Source: an uncultured delta proteobacterium (lineage in GTDB: Bacteria > Myxococcota_A > Polyangia > Fen-1088). Taken from it: DNA of 64,000 bases. Of the stretch, positions 26,271 through 45,418 are shown in pieces. Under the pieces are notes generated by a model. That model did not search any database, was not told where the DNA came from, and saw only the letters and a list, made by a program, of their open reading frames with translations. Numbering within the stretch: the first letter of the stretch is position 1; every line of letters starts with the position of its first letter. The stretch spans positions 22,399 through 86,398 of the forward strand of contig CAVWUP010000006.1 of NCBI GenBank assembly GCA_963758155.1. The letters are read 5' to 3'. The translations under genes were made by a program, and so were the position numbers.

Positions 26271-27048
26271 TTGAATTGCGACGGCAGCCGCAGAGTCAAC
26301 ACGCCGCTCACATCAGCAAAGCCACCGTCACCACATGCGCATCGAGGTCGCGGCAGAGCAGCGTTAGTGAGCGCGGCGCAATTCGCGCCGCCAGTACTGG
26401 CGCCAAACTGACGTCCAGCGCCCGCCATGCCTCCGCCAAGGCTGCGGGTGCGTCCACTTTCGTCACCCACCACAATGTCGCGCGTGTCGTGACGAAGCCC
26501 GATGCCTATGGCCTTGAGCACGGCCTCTTTGGCGCTCCAGATGCGCGCGACTGTTCGGTCGACGTCGCCACCACCTGCCACCCAAGCGGCCTCGCTCTCA
26601 CTGAAGAACTGTCGCACCAACGCTGGATCGCGCGGCTCTACGGTTTCAATGTCAGCGCCGATCCTCGCACCAGCGACCAGCGCGATTGCGGCCAAGCCGC
26701 AATCCTCGCGATGCGAGATCGACAATGACAAGGGCAGTCTCCCGTGCCCTTGTTGATCGACATAGGGCACGCCGGCCTCGTCATTGAGAATGCTGAACTG
26801 GCCACGCCAGTCTGGATTCGACTCCGACTCTCCCAGATAACTCCGCCACAAGGCCGTTCTCCTCCGCAGCCAATTCGCCGAGCAGACGCTTGGCTGCCCA
26901 GCGGCCGAGCAGCCACTTCCGTCGACGCGGCAACAGCGTCAGTCCGGCGAGGATGGTCTTGCTCGCGCGGGCTGAGCAGACCCGGCGGCGCCTGGCCCTG
27001 CGCCAGGGCGGGATGCTCGCTGGCGTGGACCAGAATGGTGCGGAACAT
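26213..27048 (-). pseudogene. Sfp-type 4'-phosphopantetheinyl transferase, reading across three frames
   Basis: ATG at 27048 lies 9 nt after the synthase stop (MFRTILVHASEHPALAQGQAPPGLLSPREQ). The text continues in a second frame (TILAGLTLLPRRRKWLLGRWAAKRLLGEL). It then continues in a third (SILNDEAGVPYV...LSLSISH...GADIETVEP...WSAKEAVLKAIG). Confidence 0.6.
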
Positions 27049-27057
27049 TGGCGCCGG

Positions 27058-35742
<8,685 letters not shown>

Positions 35743-35847
35743 TTAAACTTCCTCCAAAATATCGAAAACGGAAAACCGGCGCCCTACGGCCCTGCCCGGT
35801 ATCCGAATCAAGCGATTGATTGCGTCCTCGAGTTTCTCTCTGCCCGG

Positions 35848-37509
35848 CTATGCGCGCGCGGCATCCTGCTCAACCAAGGCCTTGGCCACAACATCCATAT
35901 CGGCCATCAAGCCCTTGGCGCATGCCGTGATGGCGCTGGACCGGAGAGAACGCTCGAAGTCGGCAATGGCTGCATCATCTACTGCATCCATACCGCGCAC
36001 CAGACGAACCGCCAGACCCAGCACGTCAAGCGCCGCCTCGCGCGCACAGATACGCGACATGGCCTTGATGGCCGAAGGTGCGAAAAAGGGCTGGTACTTG
36101 GGTGCGCCCCGGCCCGCGGCATAGCGGGCGAAATTCGCGGCAATCTCCGCCCGGGTCATCAACTCGCCCAGCTCGAAGAGCACATGCTGATTGCGCGTCA
36201 AACGGCCGATGCGGCAGCGCTCGGTCGTCTCCTGAACCACGTTCACGGCCAGAGCCGCCGCATCGGCCCCCACGTTGGGATCCTCGCGGTGCAAGGCTTC
36301 GAGCGAAGCGGCGATCTTTTTGTAATACTGCCCGTGGTCCTGCAGGTGCGCACGCCAGCGATCGCGCGACACCGTCCACTGCATGATCTCGCTGGTGCCT
36401 TCGTAGATGGTGGTGATGCGCACGTCGCGCCGGATCTTCTCGACCTCGTATTCCCGGGTGTAGCCATAGCCGCCGTGCGCCTGGATGGCCGCATCGGCAG
36501 CGGCGTTGCCCGCCTCGGTGGCAAAGAGCTTCACGATCGCGCCCTCGGTCTGCAGCTCAGGCTCGCCCTGATCCAGCCGATGCGCTGTCTCCTCGATGAG
36601 GGCGCGCGCCGCCTCCAGCCGGACCACATGGGGCACGATCAACTTGTCCATGTAGCCCTGCTTTTCGGCCAGGGGCGATCCGGCCTGTATGCGCTCTCGG
36701 CCATAGCGGATGGCCCTGATCATCGCCGCCACGCCGCCGCCCAGGCCAAAGGCCGCCACCATGAGGCGCGTGAAGCCGAACACCGACTGGGCGTGGGCCA
36801 GGCCTTTGCCCTCCACGCCACCCAGCAGGTTCTCCTTGGGAACGTACAAGTCCTCGAAGATGACCGGCGAGGTGTTGGACGATCGGATGCCCAACTTGTT
36901 CTCGTGCTTGCCGGGGACCAAGCCTTGGGTTCCCTGTTCCACCGCAAAGAACGTAGGACCATCGGGCGCCATGGCCAGCACCGTGTACAGCTGCGCGTAG
37001 CCGCCGTTGGAGATGAACTGCTTGGCGCCGTTGATCTTGTAGCCTTTGATTTCGCCGTTCTCCATCACCCGCTCGGCGCGCGTGCGAATGGCCGACAGCT
37101 CACTGCCCGCCAGGGGTTCGGTCACGGCGTAGGCGACAATCAAGCCTTCGTCGGCAATGCGGCGCAGCCAGTAGGTCCGCTGCTCCTCGGTCGCGCCGAC
37201 CACGATGGGGTCGGTTCCCAGGAATATGGCCAGGAACGCGGTGGCCACGCCCAGGTCCAGCTTGGCCATCTCCTCCGAGACCCGGTAGACGTCGTAGGCG
37301 TTGCCGCCCAGGCCGCCCAGTTCCTCGGGGATGAACAAGAGGTGCAGGCCAATGTCGGGACCCAGCAGCTCCCGGATCAGATCCAGCGGAAAGACATCTT
37401 TCTCATCTAGCTCCAGCCGGACCTTGAGCGGTAGCTTCTGCTTTCCGAATGATGTTAGTGTATCAATCAGGGTTTGGAGCGAATCTTTGTCGAGACCTGC
37501 GTTCTTCAT
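35848..37509 (-). CDS. Acyl-CoA dehydrogenase family protein with ~150-aa C-terminal extension
   Basis: ATG at 37509 (a TTG lies one codon upstream). ACAD N/M/C regions (AYAVTEPLAGSE, FISNGGYA, GGYGYTREYEVEKIRRDVRITTIYEGTSEI). First gene of the synthase operon. Confidence 0.9.
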   Translation of the reverse strand: MKNAGLDKDSLQTLIDTLTSFGKQKLPLKVRLELDEKDVFPLDLIRELLGPDIGLHLLFIPEELGGLGGNAYDVYRVSEEMAKLDLGVATAFLAIFLGTDPIVVGATEEQRTYWLRRIADEGLIVAYAVTEPLAGSELSAIRTRAERVMENGEIKGYKINGAKQFISNGGYAQLYTVLAMAPDGPTFFAVEQGTQGLVPGKHENKLGIRSSNTSPVIFEDLYVPKENLLGGVEGKGLAHAQSVFGFTRLMVAAFGLGGGVAAMIRAIRYGRERIQAGSPLAEKQGYMDKLIVPHVVRLEAARALIEETAHRLDQGEPELQTEGAIVKLFATEAGNAAADAAIQAHGGYGYTREYEVEKIRRDVRITTIYEGTSEIMQWTVSRDRWRAHLQDHGQYYKKIAASLEALHREDPNVGADAAALAVNVVQETTERCRIGRLTRNQHVLFELGELMTRAEIAANFARYAAGRGAPKYQPFFAPSAIKAMSRICAREAALDVLGLAVRLVRGMDAVDDAAIADFERSLRSSAITACAKGLMADMDVVAKALVEQDAARA

Positions 37510-37581
37510 CAAACCTGTGCCTTCCTGGTCCTAGTGAATCGGTGGGAAAAGGGGGGTACCCCGGCTGAAAGGTTCCGATGC

Positions 37582-37598
37582 TGGCACAAGCCGGGCCA
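37582..37598 (-). promoter_or_regulatory. Weak candidate sigma-54 (-24/-12) element upstream of the ACAD-synthase operon
   Basis: The minus strand reads TGGCCC-GGCTT-GTGCC (GG-N10-GC spacing). It lies about 70-85 nt upstream of the ACAD start. The site is near-palindromic, and the plus strand reads TGGCACAAGCCGGGCC. Confidence 0.25.
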
Positions 37599-37910
37599 AA
37601 ATCAAAACCGGGATGTCAGGATAGGCGTTTTGCCCCCTAACATTCCGATATCGCAGCGTAATCATTTATGTGTCTTCGCTGACCTGCGAAGCTACGATGC
37701 ATCAAAACAGCCCTATGTGCGTCGTCGCCTACACGCCCAGGCCTCTTTGAACCTCCTGAGTGCGACCCCTGACACGCACCCCTGCGGCCTCGGGTACGCA
37801 CCAACGGAGACCTCGCGAAGACCCCCTGTGGGGCCTCCCCTCTCCTCCCCGCTCTCAGCCGAGGTCAGCTGTCCGACTGAACTCGCTCTAGACCGCGGCT
37901 TCGGGCTCCT

Positions 37911-38312
37911 CTACTTCCACCGACCCTCGCCGCCCTCGGCCTTCTTTTTGGCTTCTTCCGCGGCTTTCTCCTTCTGCTTCTTGGCCTGGGCTGCCTTGGC
38001 CTCGGCTTGTTTCTTCTTGTCGTTCTGCTGAATCTTCTTTAGCGCAGCCGCAGCGTCCTTCTCCTGCTGCTTCTGGCGTTGCTCCTCGCAACCGGCCGGC
38101 TCACAGTCGTTCTCGCACTCGCACTTCAGCTTCTTTCCCTTGTTGCAGTGGCACTGGTCTTGGGCGTCGCGGTAGCAGCCGCAGGCATTGAGGGGCGTAG
38201 CAGCCGGCGGTGGTTCCGCTTCCGCCTTGGCAGCCTTCTGCTTGGCAAGGGCCGATCCGGGCGTCCAGACTAGAAGGCCAAACACTGCGATGATCGAGAG
38301 TGTGATCCGCAT
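37911..38312 (-). CDS. Small secreted protein: Cys-rich core plus Lys/Ala/Glu-rich tail
   Basis: Signal peptide MRITLSIIAVFGLLVWTPGSALA. Cys-rich core CGCYRDAQDQCHCNKGKKLKCECENDCEPAGC. Then a KKQAEAKAAQAKKQKEKAAEEAKKK low-complexity tail. Confidence 0.55.
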   Translation of the reverse strand: MRITLSIIAVFGLLVWTPGSALAKQKAAKAEAEPPPAATPLNACGCYRDAQDQCHCNKGKKLKCECENDCEPAGCEEQRQKQQEKDAAAALKKIQQNDKKKQAEAKAAQAKKQKEKAAEEAKKKAEGGEGRWK

Positions 38313-38633
38313 GGCATTCTCCTTTGCCAGGAACTATCACGTGATCCGCAGGCCGCGCAACCGTGTAGCGGCCCCCGTAATCCCGCGGCAAGCAAGAGCG
38401 CCGTGGCCCGACCGGAAAAGCGGCATTTTCTGGGAGTCTGCCTGCGGCGCGAGCCGCTGACGGGACAAGTGGAGGTGCCGCTGTCGGCGCGGAGCAAAGC
38501 CGCATCGACGCCCCGGGGAACCGGGGGCGCCTACTCGACCGGTGCCTCGTCACTCGCGGCACGAGCGGTCCGAATCCCGTGCGTGGACATCCAAAGATCA
38601 AGAGGCCGCAATTAGCAGGTGTGGGGTTCATAA

Positions 38634-39998
<1,365 letters not shown>

Positions 39999-40000
39999 TT

Positions 40001-40480
40001 TCAACCCTTGGAACGGACGATGGGCACGAAACGGCCCTCGCGGATCGTGCCGGCCGCTGCCAGGGCCGAATGTACCCCGGGCAGAAGCAGACCGATGCGG
40101 CCTGACGTGTCGGTCAGGGGCAAGAGCTTTTTCTGAGGATCGATTCCATTGGCCGTGCGCTGCAGGACCAGCACGTCGAGCGCGGGCGAGCTGGTCTCGG
40201 GCGGCAGTGCCCAGGCCGCCGTCACCTGATCTTCGCCGACCAGCAGCGAAACCCCCGGAATGTCGGGCAAGGCCAGGTCCGCAGGCGGCACCTCGGCCAC
40301 GCGCAGGGGCTGCCAGCTCGCTTCCAGGCCGGTCAGCCGGGCGCGGATGCGCGCCTGGGTTTCGGGGTCGGGTGCGGTTTCGGCCAGCTCGCGGAAGATG
40401 GCGATGGCCTCGCTCAGTCGGCCCTGACGCGCGCACAGCTCGGCCATGGTTTCGGTCTCGTAGAGGTGTTCTATGCTCAT
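40001..40480 (-). CDS. Hypothetical protein translationally coupled to ribF
   Basis: 159-aa ORF whose ATG overlaps the ribF stop (ATGA). The N-terminus is a TPR-like helix pair (MAELCARQGRLSEAIAIFRELAE). Confidence 0.55.
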   Translation of the reverse strand: MSIEHLYETETMAELCARQGRLSEAIAIFRELAETAPDPETQARIRARLTGLEASWQPLRVAEVPPADLALPDIPGVSLLVGEDQVTAAWALPPETSSPALDVLVLQRTANGIDPQKKLLPLTDTSGRIGLLLPGVHSALAAAGTIREGRFVPIVRSKG

Positions 40481-41449
40481 GGAAGAAGTTCCCGCGTTCG
40501 GAGGATGTCGCGCCTGATCTCGGCCACCAGGTCGTCGGCCGAAGGAAACGCACGCTGCTCGCGCACACGACCGGCGAATTCCAGGCGCAGGCGCGCGCCG
40601 TACAGGTCACCCTCGAAGTCCAACAAGTGGGATTCAACGACCACGGCGGACGAAGCGCCTCCGCCTTTGGCGACAAACGTGGGATTGGTACCGATGCTCA
40701 CGGCTGCGCGTAGGCGCGGAGTCGCGCCGCCATCGGCGCGAACTGCCCAAGCGGCGTAGACACCTGGCTTGGGCACAAGATCGGTCTCTGGATCCAGGTT
40801 GGCCGTCGGGATGCCCAGGGTGCGACCGCGTTCGACGCCGTGGACCACACGACCGGTCAGCTCGAAGGGGCGGCCCAGAAGCATGGCCGCACCTTCCACC
40901 CGGCCCTCGAGCACGAATTCGCGGATTTTGGTCGACGAGCACACCAACCCCGCGACCATGACCGGCGGCACGATGCTGACCCCCATGTTCAGGCGCGCGC
41001 CCTCGCTGCTCAGCGTGGCTGCGTTGCCCTGCCGTCCGGCTCCATAGGTGAAATCCCAGCCCACCACGATGTGGCGGGCGTCGAGATCCTTGCGCAGCAC
41101 TTCGGCGACGAAGCGGTCGGCGGACATTGCCGCAAGATCCGACGTGAAAGGTTCGACCACGACGGCGTCGGCGCCAGCTTCGGCAAGAAGTTCCAGCCGA
41201 CGTTCCAGCGTCACCACCATGGGCGGCGCCAGCGCGGGTGCAAAGAATCGCGCGGGATGGGGATCGAAGGTCAAGACAACGGCCTCGCCACCCTCCGCGT
41301 GGGCGAGGCGGCTGGCAGTCCCCACCAAAGCCCGGTGGCCGCAGTGCACGCCGTCGAAGTTTCCAATGGCTACCGCAGGCGCGCGCAGCGGACGTCCCAG
41401 TTCGGACACGATGCGCTGGCGGCCCCGAATGACGTACACCCTCTTGGGG
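40477..41449 (-). CDS. ribF: Bifunctional riboflavin kinase / FAD synthetase
   Basis: A GTG near 41449 gives VYVIRG...AVAIGNFDGVHCGHRAL. The kinase part shows GRTLGIPTANL and YGARLRLEF. The upstream part of ORF 40477..41859 is an Arg/Pro-rich out-of-context extension. Confidence 0.9.
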
Positions 41450-41549
41450 ATAAACGCCCAAGGCGCACACGTCAAGTTTGGCCATTGTGATTGGAATTTC
41501 GGATCGCGATGGTCTCGACAGGAGGCTCGCTTTCGCGTTGGATCAGTCC

Positions 41550-42824
41550 ATGAGCGACAAGCGAACCTGGCCGACCCTCGATCCGGCCCTCTTCGTTGGT
41601 TCGCTGGTGGTCTACGTGGCGGGCACGCCGCTGGGTCTGGATCGGGTCGCGGCTGCGTCGAAAGTAGCTGTGGCTCTCGATCCCGCCTCCCAGGGGCCGG
41701 ACACGCCCTTGGCTCTCCTCGCCTCGCGACTCGTCGGCTACCTGCCCCTGGGCGATGCCGCGGCTCGTGCCAACCTGGCGGCAGCCTTGTGGGCTGCCTT
41801 CGCGACCGCGCTCGTGGGTCGGTTGTGTGCCGATCTTCTGGTGGCGTTGCGTCCGCCACCGCACGCCCGGCAGGGCGCGCGCGATTTCGTGTACGAGCCT
41901 TGGCTGGCCGCAGGGGCTGCGCTGGCCGGCGGACTGTCGCTGGCCGTATTTCAGTCGGCGACTTCGGCGGGCGCGGCGTCGGCTACGCTGGCGCTCTTGG
42001 CAGGGGCTTGGTTGGCAGCGCTGCCGCTTCTGCGTGGCCAAGGCGGTGCCGGGCACGGATTCGCGCTGGCCGGCCTGTCAGGCTTGGCCGCGGGGGTGGA
42101 TGCGCTGGCCGGTCCGCTGTTGTGGCCGTTGACCCTGGGGCTTTGGCTGTGGGAATTGCGCCGCGGGAGCCGCTGGCCTCTTTGGGCGCCGTTGCTCTTC
42201 GTGGCGGCTCTGGGCGGGTCCGCGCTCGCCAGCGTGGCCGTCTCGGGAACCCCGGTGAGCCTCGGGCATCTGCTCGGCAGCCTGTGGCCGGCCGGGATTC
42301 ATGACCAGTTCACGGCGGTCGCGACCGCGGCCGAGCTGTGTGACGAGCTGGGCGTGGTGGGGCTGCTGCTCGCCGGGGTGGGGACGTTGGCGTTGTTCAG
42401 GCGGGCGCCTCTGGTCGCATGCTGGTTCGGGTTCACTCTGGTCACGGCGCTCCTGCTCGGCCATGCTCCTGCGCAAGGCGGACCCGCTTTCGAGCCCACG
42501 CGCGCGGGCTTGCCGGCGGCCCTGATGGCGGCTGCCATCCCGCTGAGCGCGGGCGCGGCTGCGGTGGCTGCCCGCCTGGGCCGCGCCCGCGTGGCCACGG
42601 CGATCGTGTTTGCCGCGCTGGCGGTGGTCTCGCCTGTGCTCGACGGCGGCGCCAGCCGCTGGCGGCGCGATGTCCACGGGCCGGAGCGCCTGCTCGAGCA
42701 CGCGCTGGTGCGGGCACCATTGCGCGCCTCCGTGGATCCGGGCACCGCCGAGATGGACGGGCTGCTTCGCTACGGCGCGGCTTTGGGCCTGCGCCCGGAC
42801 CTGGAGATCGTCGGTCGAAAGTAG
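41550..42824 (+). CDS. Polytopic membrane protein (possibly DUF2723/GT-C-like)
   Basis: ATG at 41550 in ORF 41478..42824. At least 9 hydrophobic helices. The product name is tentative. Confidence 0.55.
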   Translation: MSDKRTWPTLDPALFVGSLVVYVAGTPLGLDRVAAASKVAVALDPASQGPDTPLALLASRLVGYLPLGDAAARANLAAALWAAFATALVGRLCADLLVALRPPPHARQGARDFVYEPWLAAGAALAGGLSLAVFQSATSAGAASATLALLAGAWLAALPLLRGQGGAGHGFALAGLSGLAAGVDALAGPLLWPLTLGLWLWELRRGSRWPLWAPLLFVAALGGSALASVAVSGTPVSLGHLLGSLWPAGIHDQFTAVATAAELCDELGVVGLLLAGVGTLALFRRAPLVACWFGFTLVTALLLGHAPAQGGPAFEPTRAGLPAALMAAAIPLSAGAAAVAARLGRARVATAIVFAALAVVSPVLDGGASRWRRDVHGPERLLEHALVRAPLRASVDPGTAEMDGLLRYGAALGLRPDLEIVGRK

Positions 42825-43229
42825 CTACGCCCCCACCACGGTCAGACCAACCGCGCGTGCGGCCTGGGCCTGGCGGATGTCGAAGGTGAGCACCGTGATC
42901 GCCCCTTGGCCCGCCCGGTTGGCGGCCGCCAGGTGCAGGGCATCCAGCGTGCGCGCGCCGGTCAACTCGGCGAGATCCGCCGCGAGGTCGCACGTCGTCT
43001 CGTCCAGCTCGACGACATGCATGCGCTGCCAGTCCTGATCGAATTGCGCCCGAGCATCAGCCAGGGCTGCCTTCGCGAGCAGCCTGGAGAGATTCCGCCG
43101 CACCTCCACGCAGGTGTGTCGGCCGGTGATCCACACCGGATCCGCCAGCAGATAGCGTTCGCATGTCTCGCTCTCCGGCTCGTCGATGTAGCGTTTGAGG
43201 AGCGCGCTTGAGTCCACATACAGACTCAT
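42825..43229 (-). CDS. vapC: PIN-domain toxin VapC
   Basis: 134 aa. MSLYVDSSALLKRY (first Asp), TCVEV, DALHLAAA. Overlaps the upstream antitoxin gene by 4 nt. Confidence 0.85.
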   Translation of the reverse strand: MSLYVDSSALLKRYIDEPESETCERYLLADPVWITGRHTCVEVRRNLSRLLAKAALADARAQFDQDWQRMHVVELDETTCDLAADLAELTGARTLDALHLAAANRAGQGAITVLTFDIRQAQAARAVGLTVVGA

Positions 43230-43489
43230 TTGTCCCGATCCTCGCGCAGAACCTGGGCGCTGGAAGCGGAAGCAGCATGGCGACGCGCGCGGCGGGGGCT
43301 AATCTCCACGGCTGGCCCCGGCCGAATCCATCGCTCGGCCACGCCGCGCTCCAAGTTCAGCACCCCTGGCAGTGGTCCCATCATGGCCTTGGGTCTCCCG
43401 CGGTCGGTGATGCGAATGGTAGCCCCTCCGGCCGCCCTCTCAAGGTACTCGGAGAGATGTTGCTTGAGTTTGCGAATGCCGACGTCCAT
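43226..43489 (-). CDS. Phd/YefM-type antitoxin
   Basis: ATG at 43489 gives MDVGIRKLKQHLSEYLERAAGGATIRITDRGRPKAMM, the typical Phd/YefM N-terminus. Confidence 0.8.
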   Translation of the reverse strand: MDVGIRKLKQHLSEYLERAAGGATIRITDRGRPKAMMGPLPGVLNLERGVAERWIRPGPAVEISPRRARRHAASASSAQVLREDRDK

Positions 43490-43587
43490 GTGGACACTAT
43501 GGGATACAAATGTGGTCACATCAAGACTCTGTGCGGCGATGGCGGGTCACCTTCCCACTTTCGCCTCGACAGCTGTACAGTCTCGCG

Positions 43588-45417
43588 ATGACACCCGCGC
43601 CAACCGTTTTTCCGCCCTGTGCTCCGCGCGCTTTCCGGCTCGCGTTCTTCGCGGCGCTCGGCTGCGTCGGCGTGCAGCCTGGTCGCTCCCCTGGCCAGCT
43701 TGCCGCCACTCGTGCCAGTGTCCCAACGCCCGACATCGAGGAACTGCTCGGCCAGATGACCCTCGACGAGAAGATTGGGCAGATGACCCAGATCGACTGG
43801 AAGCTGGCCAAGAACACCGACGATGTGCGCAGGCTGGCTGTCGGATCGGTGCTCAACGGTGCGTCGCAGCTGCCTGAGCCCAACACGCCCCAAAACTGGG
43901 TCACGCTGGTCGCCTCCATGCAGACCCGAGCCTTGAGCACGCGCCTGGGTATCCCCATTATATGGGGCACCGACGCGGTCCACGGCAACGGCCTGGTCAG
44001 GGGCGCCACGGTATTCCCGCACAACATCGGCATGGGCTGCACGCGCAATCCTGAGCTGGCCGAGAAGGTCGGACGGGCCGCCGCCTTGGAGATGTTGGCG
44101 ACTGGCATTCTCTGGACCTTCGCCCCTTGCATTGCCGTGCCTCGCGACGAGCGATGGGGTCGCACCTACGAGGGCTTTGGCGAAACGCCTGAGCTGGCCG
44201 AGATGATGGCTCCGGCTTTGGTCAAGGGATTGCAAGGCGAGCCAGGGCAGTCCGACGGCGTACTCGCCTGCGCCAAGCACTTTCTCGGTGACGGCGGCAC
44301 ATCACAGGGCAAGGACCAGGGCGACACGGTCTGTTCCGAACAAGAGTTGCGCGCCATCCATTTGCCGGGCTACGCAGCGGCGGTCAAGGCGGGTGTCGGC
44401 TCGATCATGGTGTCGTTCTCGCGCTGGAACGGCGCTCCCATGCACGCCAACAAGTATCTCATCACCGACGTGCTCAAGGGCGAGCTTCACTTCGAAGGTT
44501 TCGTGGTGAGCGACTGGGAAGCCATTGCCACCTTGTCGGGCTCCAACAGCAGCAGGATCGAGGCAGCCATCAACGCCGGCGTGGACATGGCCATGGTGCC
44601 GCTCAGCTACCCCTCGTTCGTTTCCGGTCTGCGCTCGCTGGTCAAGAAAGGCCGCGTGCCCATGGCGCGCATCGATGATGCCGTTCGCCGCATCTTGAAG
44701 CAGAAGGCGCGTCTCAAATTGTGGGAACATCCCTACCCGGATGAGGCGTTTGCAGGGCAACTGGGCTCGCCCGCGCACCGAGCCCTGGCGCGCGAAGCGG
44801 TTCGACAAAGTGCGGTTCTGCTCAAGAACCAGGACGCCGTGCTGCCGTTGCCCAAGACCGGTCGCATCCTGGTGGTGGGCAGCAAGGCCGACGACATGGG
44901 CATCCAGTGCGGTGGTTGGACCGTGGGTTGGTTTGGCCGGCGGGGCAACGTCACGCCCGGCACCACGATTCTGAGGGCCATTGAGAAGGCCGCTGCGGGG
45001 GGAAAGGTTTCTTTCGCGCCCGGCGTACGGGGCGCAGATACGGCCGACGCGATCGTGGTGGTGGTCGGCGAGGAGCCCTACGCCGAAGGAGCCGGCGACC
45101 GCAAGGAGCTGGGTCTTTCCCGCGATGACATCAGCTTGATCGCAGCATCCAAGTCATCGGGCAAGAAGGTGGTGGTGGTCCTCGTCACGGGCCGGCCCTT
45201 GCCCATCGAGCCGGTGATCGACGGCGTGCAGGCCGTGCTGGTGGTCTGGCTGCCTGGCAGCGAGGGCGACGGCGTGGCCGACGTGCTTTTCGGCGACTAC
45301 CAGACGACCGGCAAGCTGTCGCATTCCTGGCCGCGTTCCATGGCGCAGATCCCGATCAACCAGGGCGACGCCAGCTACACGCCGCTTTTCCCCTACGGCT
45401 TTGGGCTAAGTTATTGA
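43588..45417 (+). CDS. Glycoside hydrolase family 3 (beta-glucosidase-like)
   Basis: ATG at 43588. LDEKIGQMTQ, WGTDAVHGN, KHFLGDGGT, and GFVVSDWEA with the catalytic Asp context. Confidence 0.9.
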   Translation: MTPAPTVFPPCAPRAFRLAFFAALGCVGVQPGRSPGQLAATRASVPTPDIEELLGQMTLDEKIGQMTQIDWKLAKNTDDVRRLAVGSVLNGASQLPEPNTPQNWVTLVASMQTRALSTRLGIPIIWGTDAVHGNGLVRGATVFPHNIGMGCTRNPELAEKVGRAAALEMLATGILWTFAPCIAVPRDERWGRTYEGFGETPELAEMMAPALVKGLQGEPGQSDGVLACAKHFLGDGGTSQGKDQGDTVCSEQELRAIHLPGYAAAVKAGVGSIMVSFSRWNGAPMHANKYLITDVLKGELHFEGFVVSDWEAIATLSGSNSSRIEAAINAGVDMAMVPLSYPSFVSGLRSLVKKGRVPMARIDDAVRRILKQKARLKLWEHPYPDEAFAGQLGSPAHRALAREAVRQSAVLLKNQDAVLPLPKTGRILVVGSKADDMGIQCGGWTVGWFGRRGNVTPGTTILRAIEKAAAGGKVSFAPGVRGADTADAIVVVVGEEPYAEGAGDRKELGLSRDDISLIAASKSSGKKVVVVLVTGRPLPIEPVIDGVQAVLVVWLPGSEGDGVADVLFGDYQTTGKLSHSWPRSMAQIPINQGDASYTPLFPYGFGLSY

Positions 45418-45418
45418 G

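Noticed and set aside
40207-42304. Several 160-460-aa ORFs around ribF with Arg/Pro/Gly-rich sequences, including the first ~135 residues of ORF 40477..41859
   Set aside because: They are compositionally non-protein-like and overlap well-supported genes (ribF, the coupled downstream ORF, and the membrane protein).
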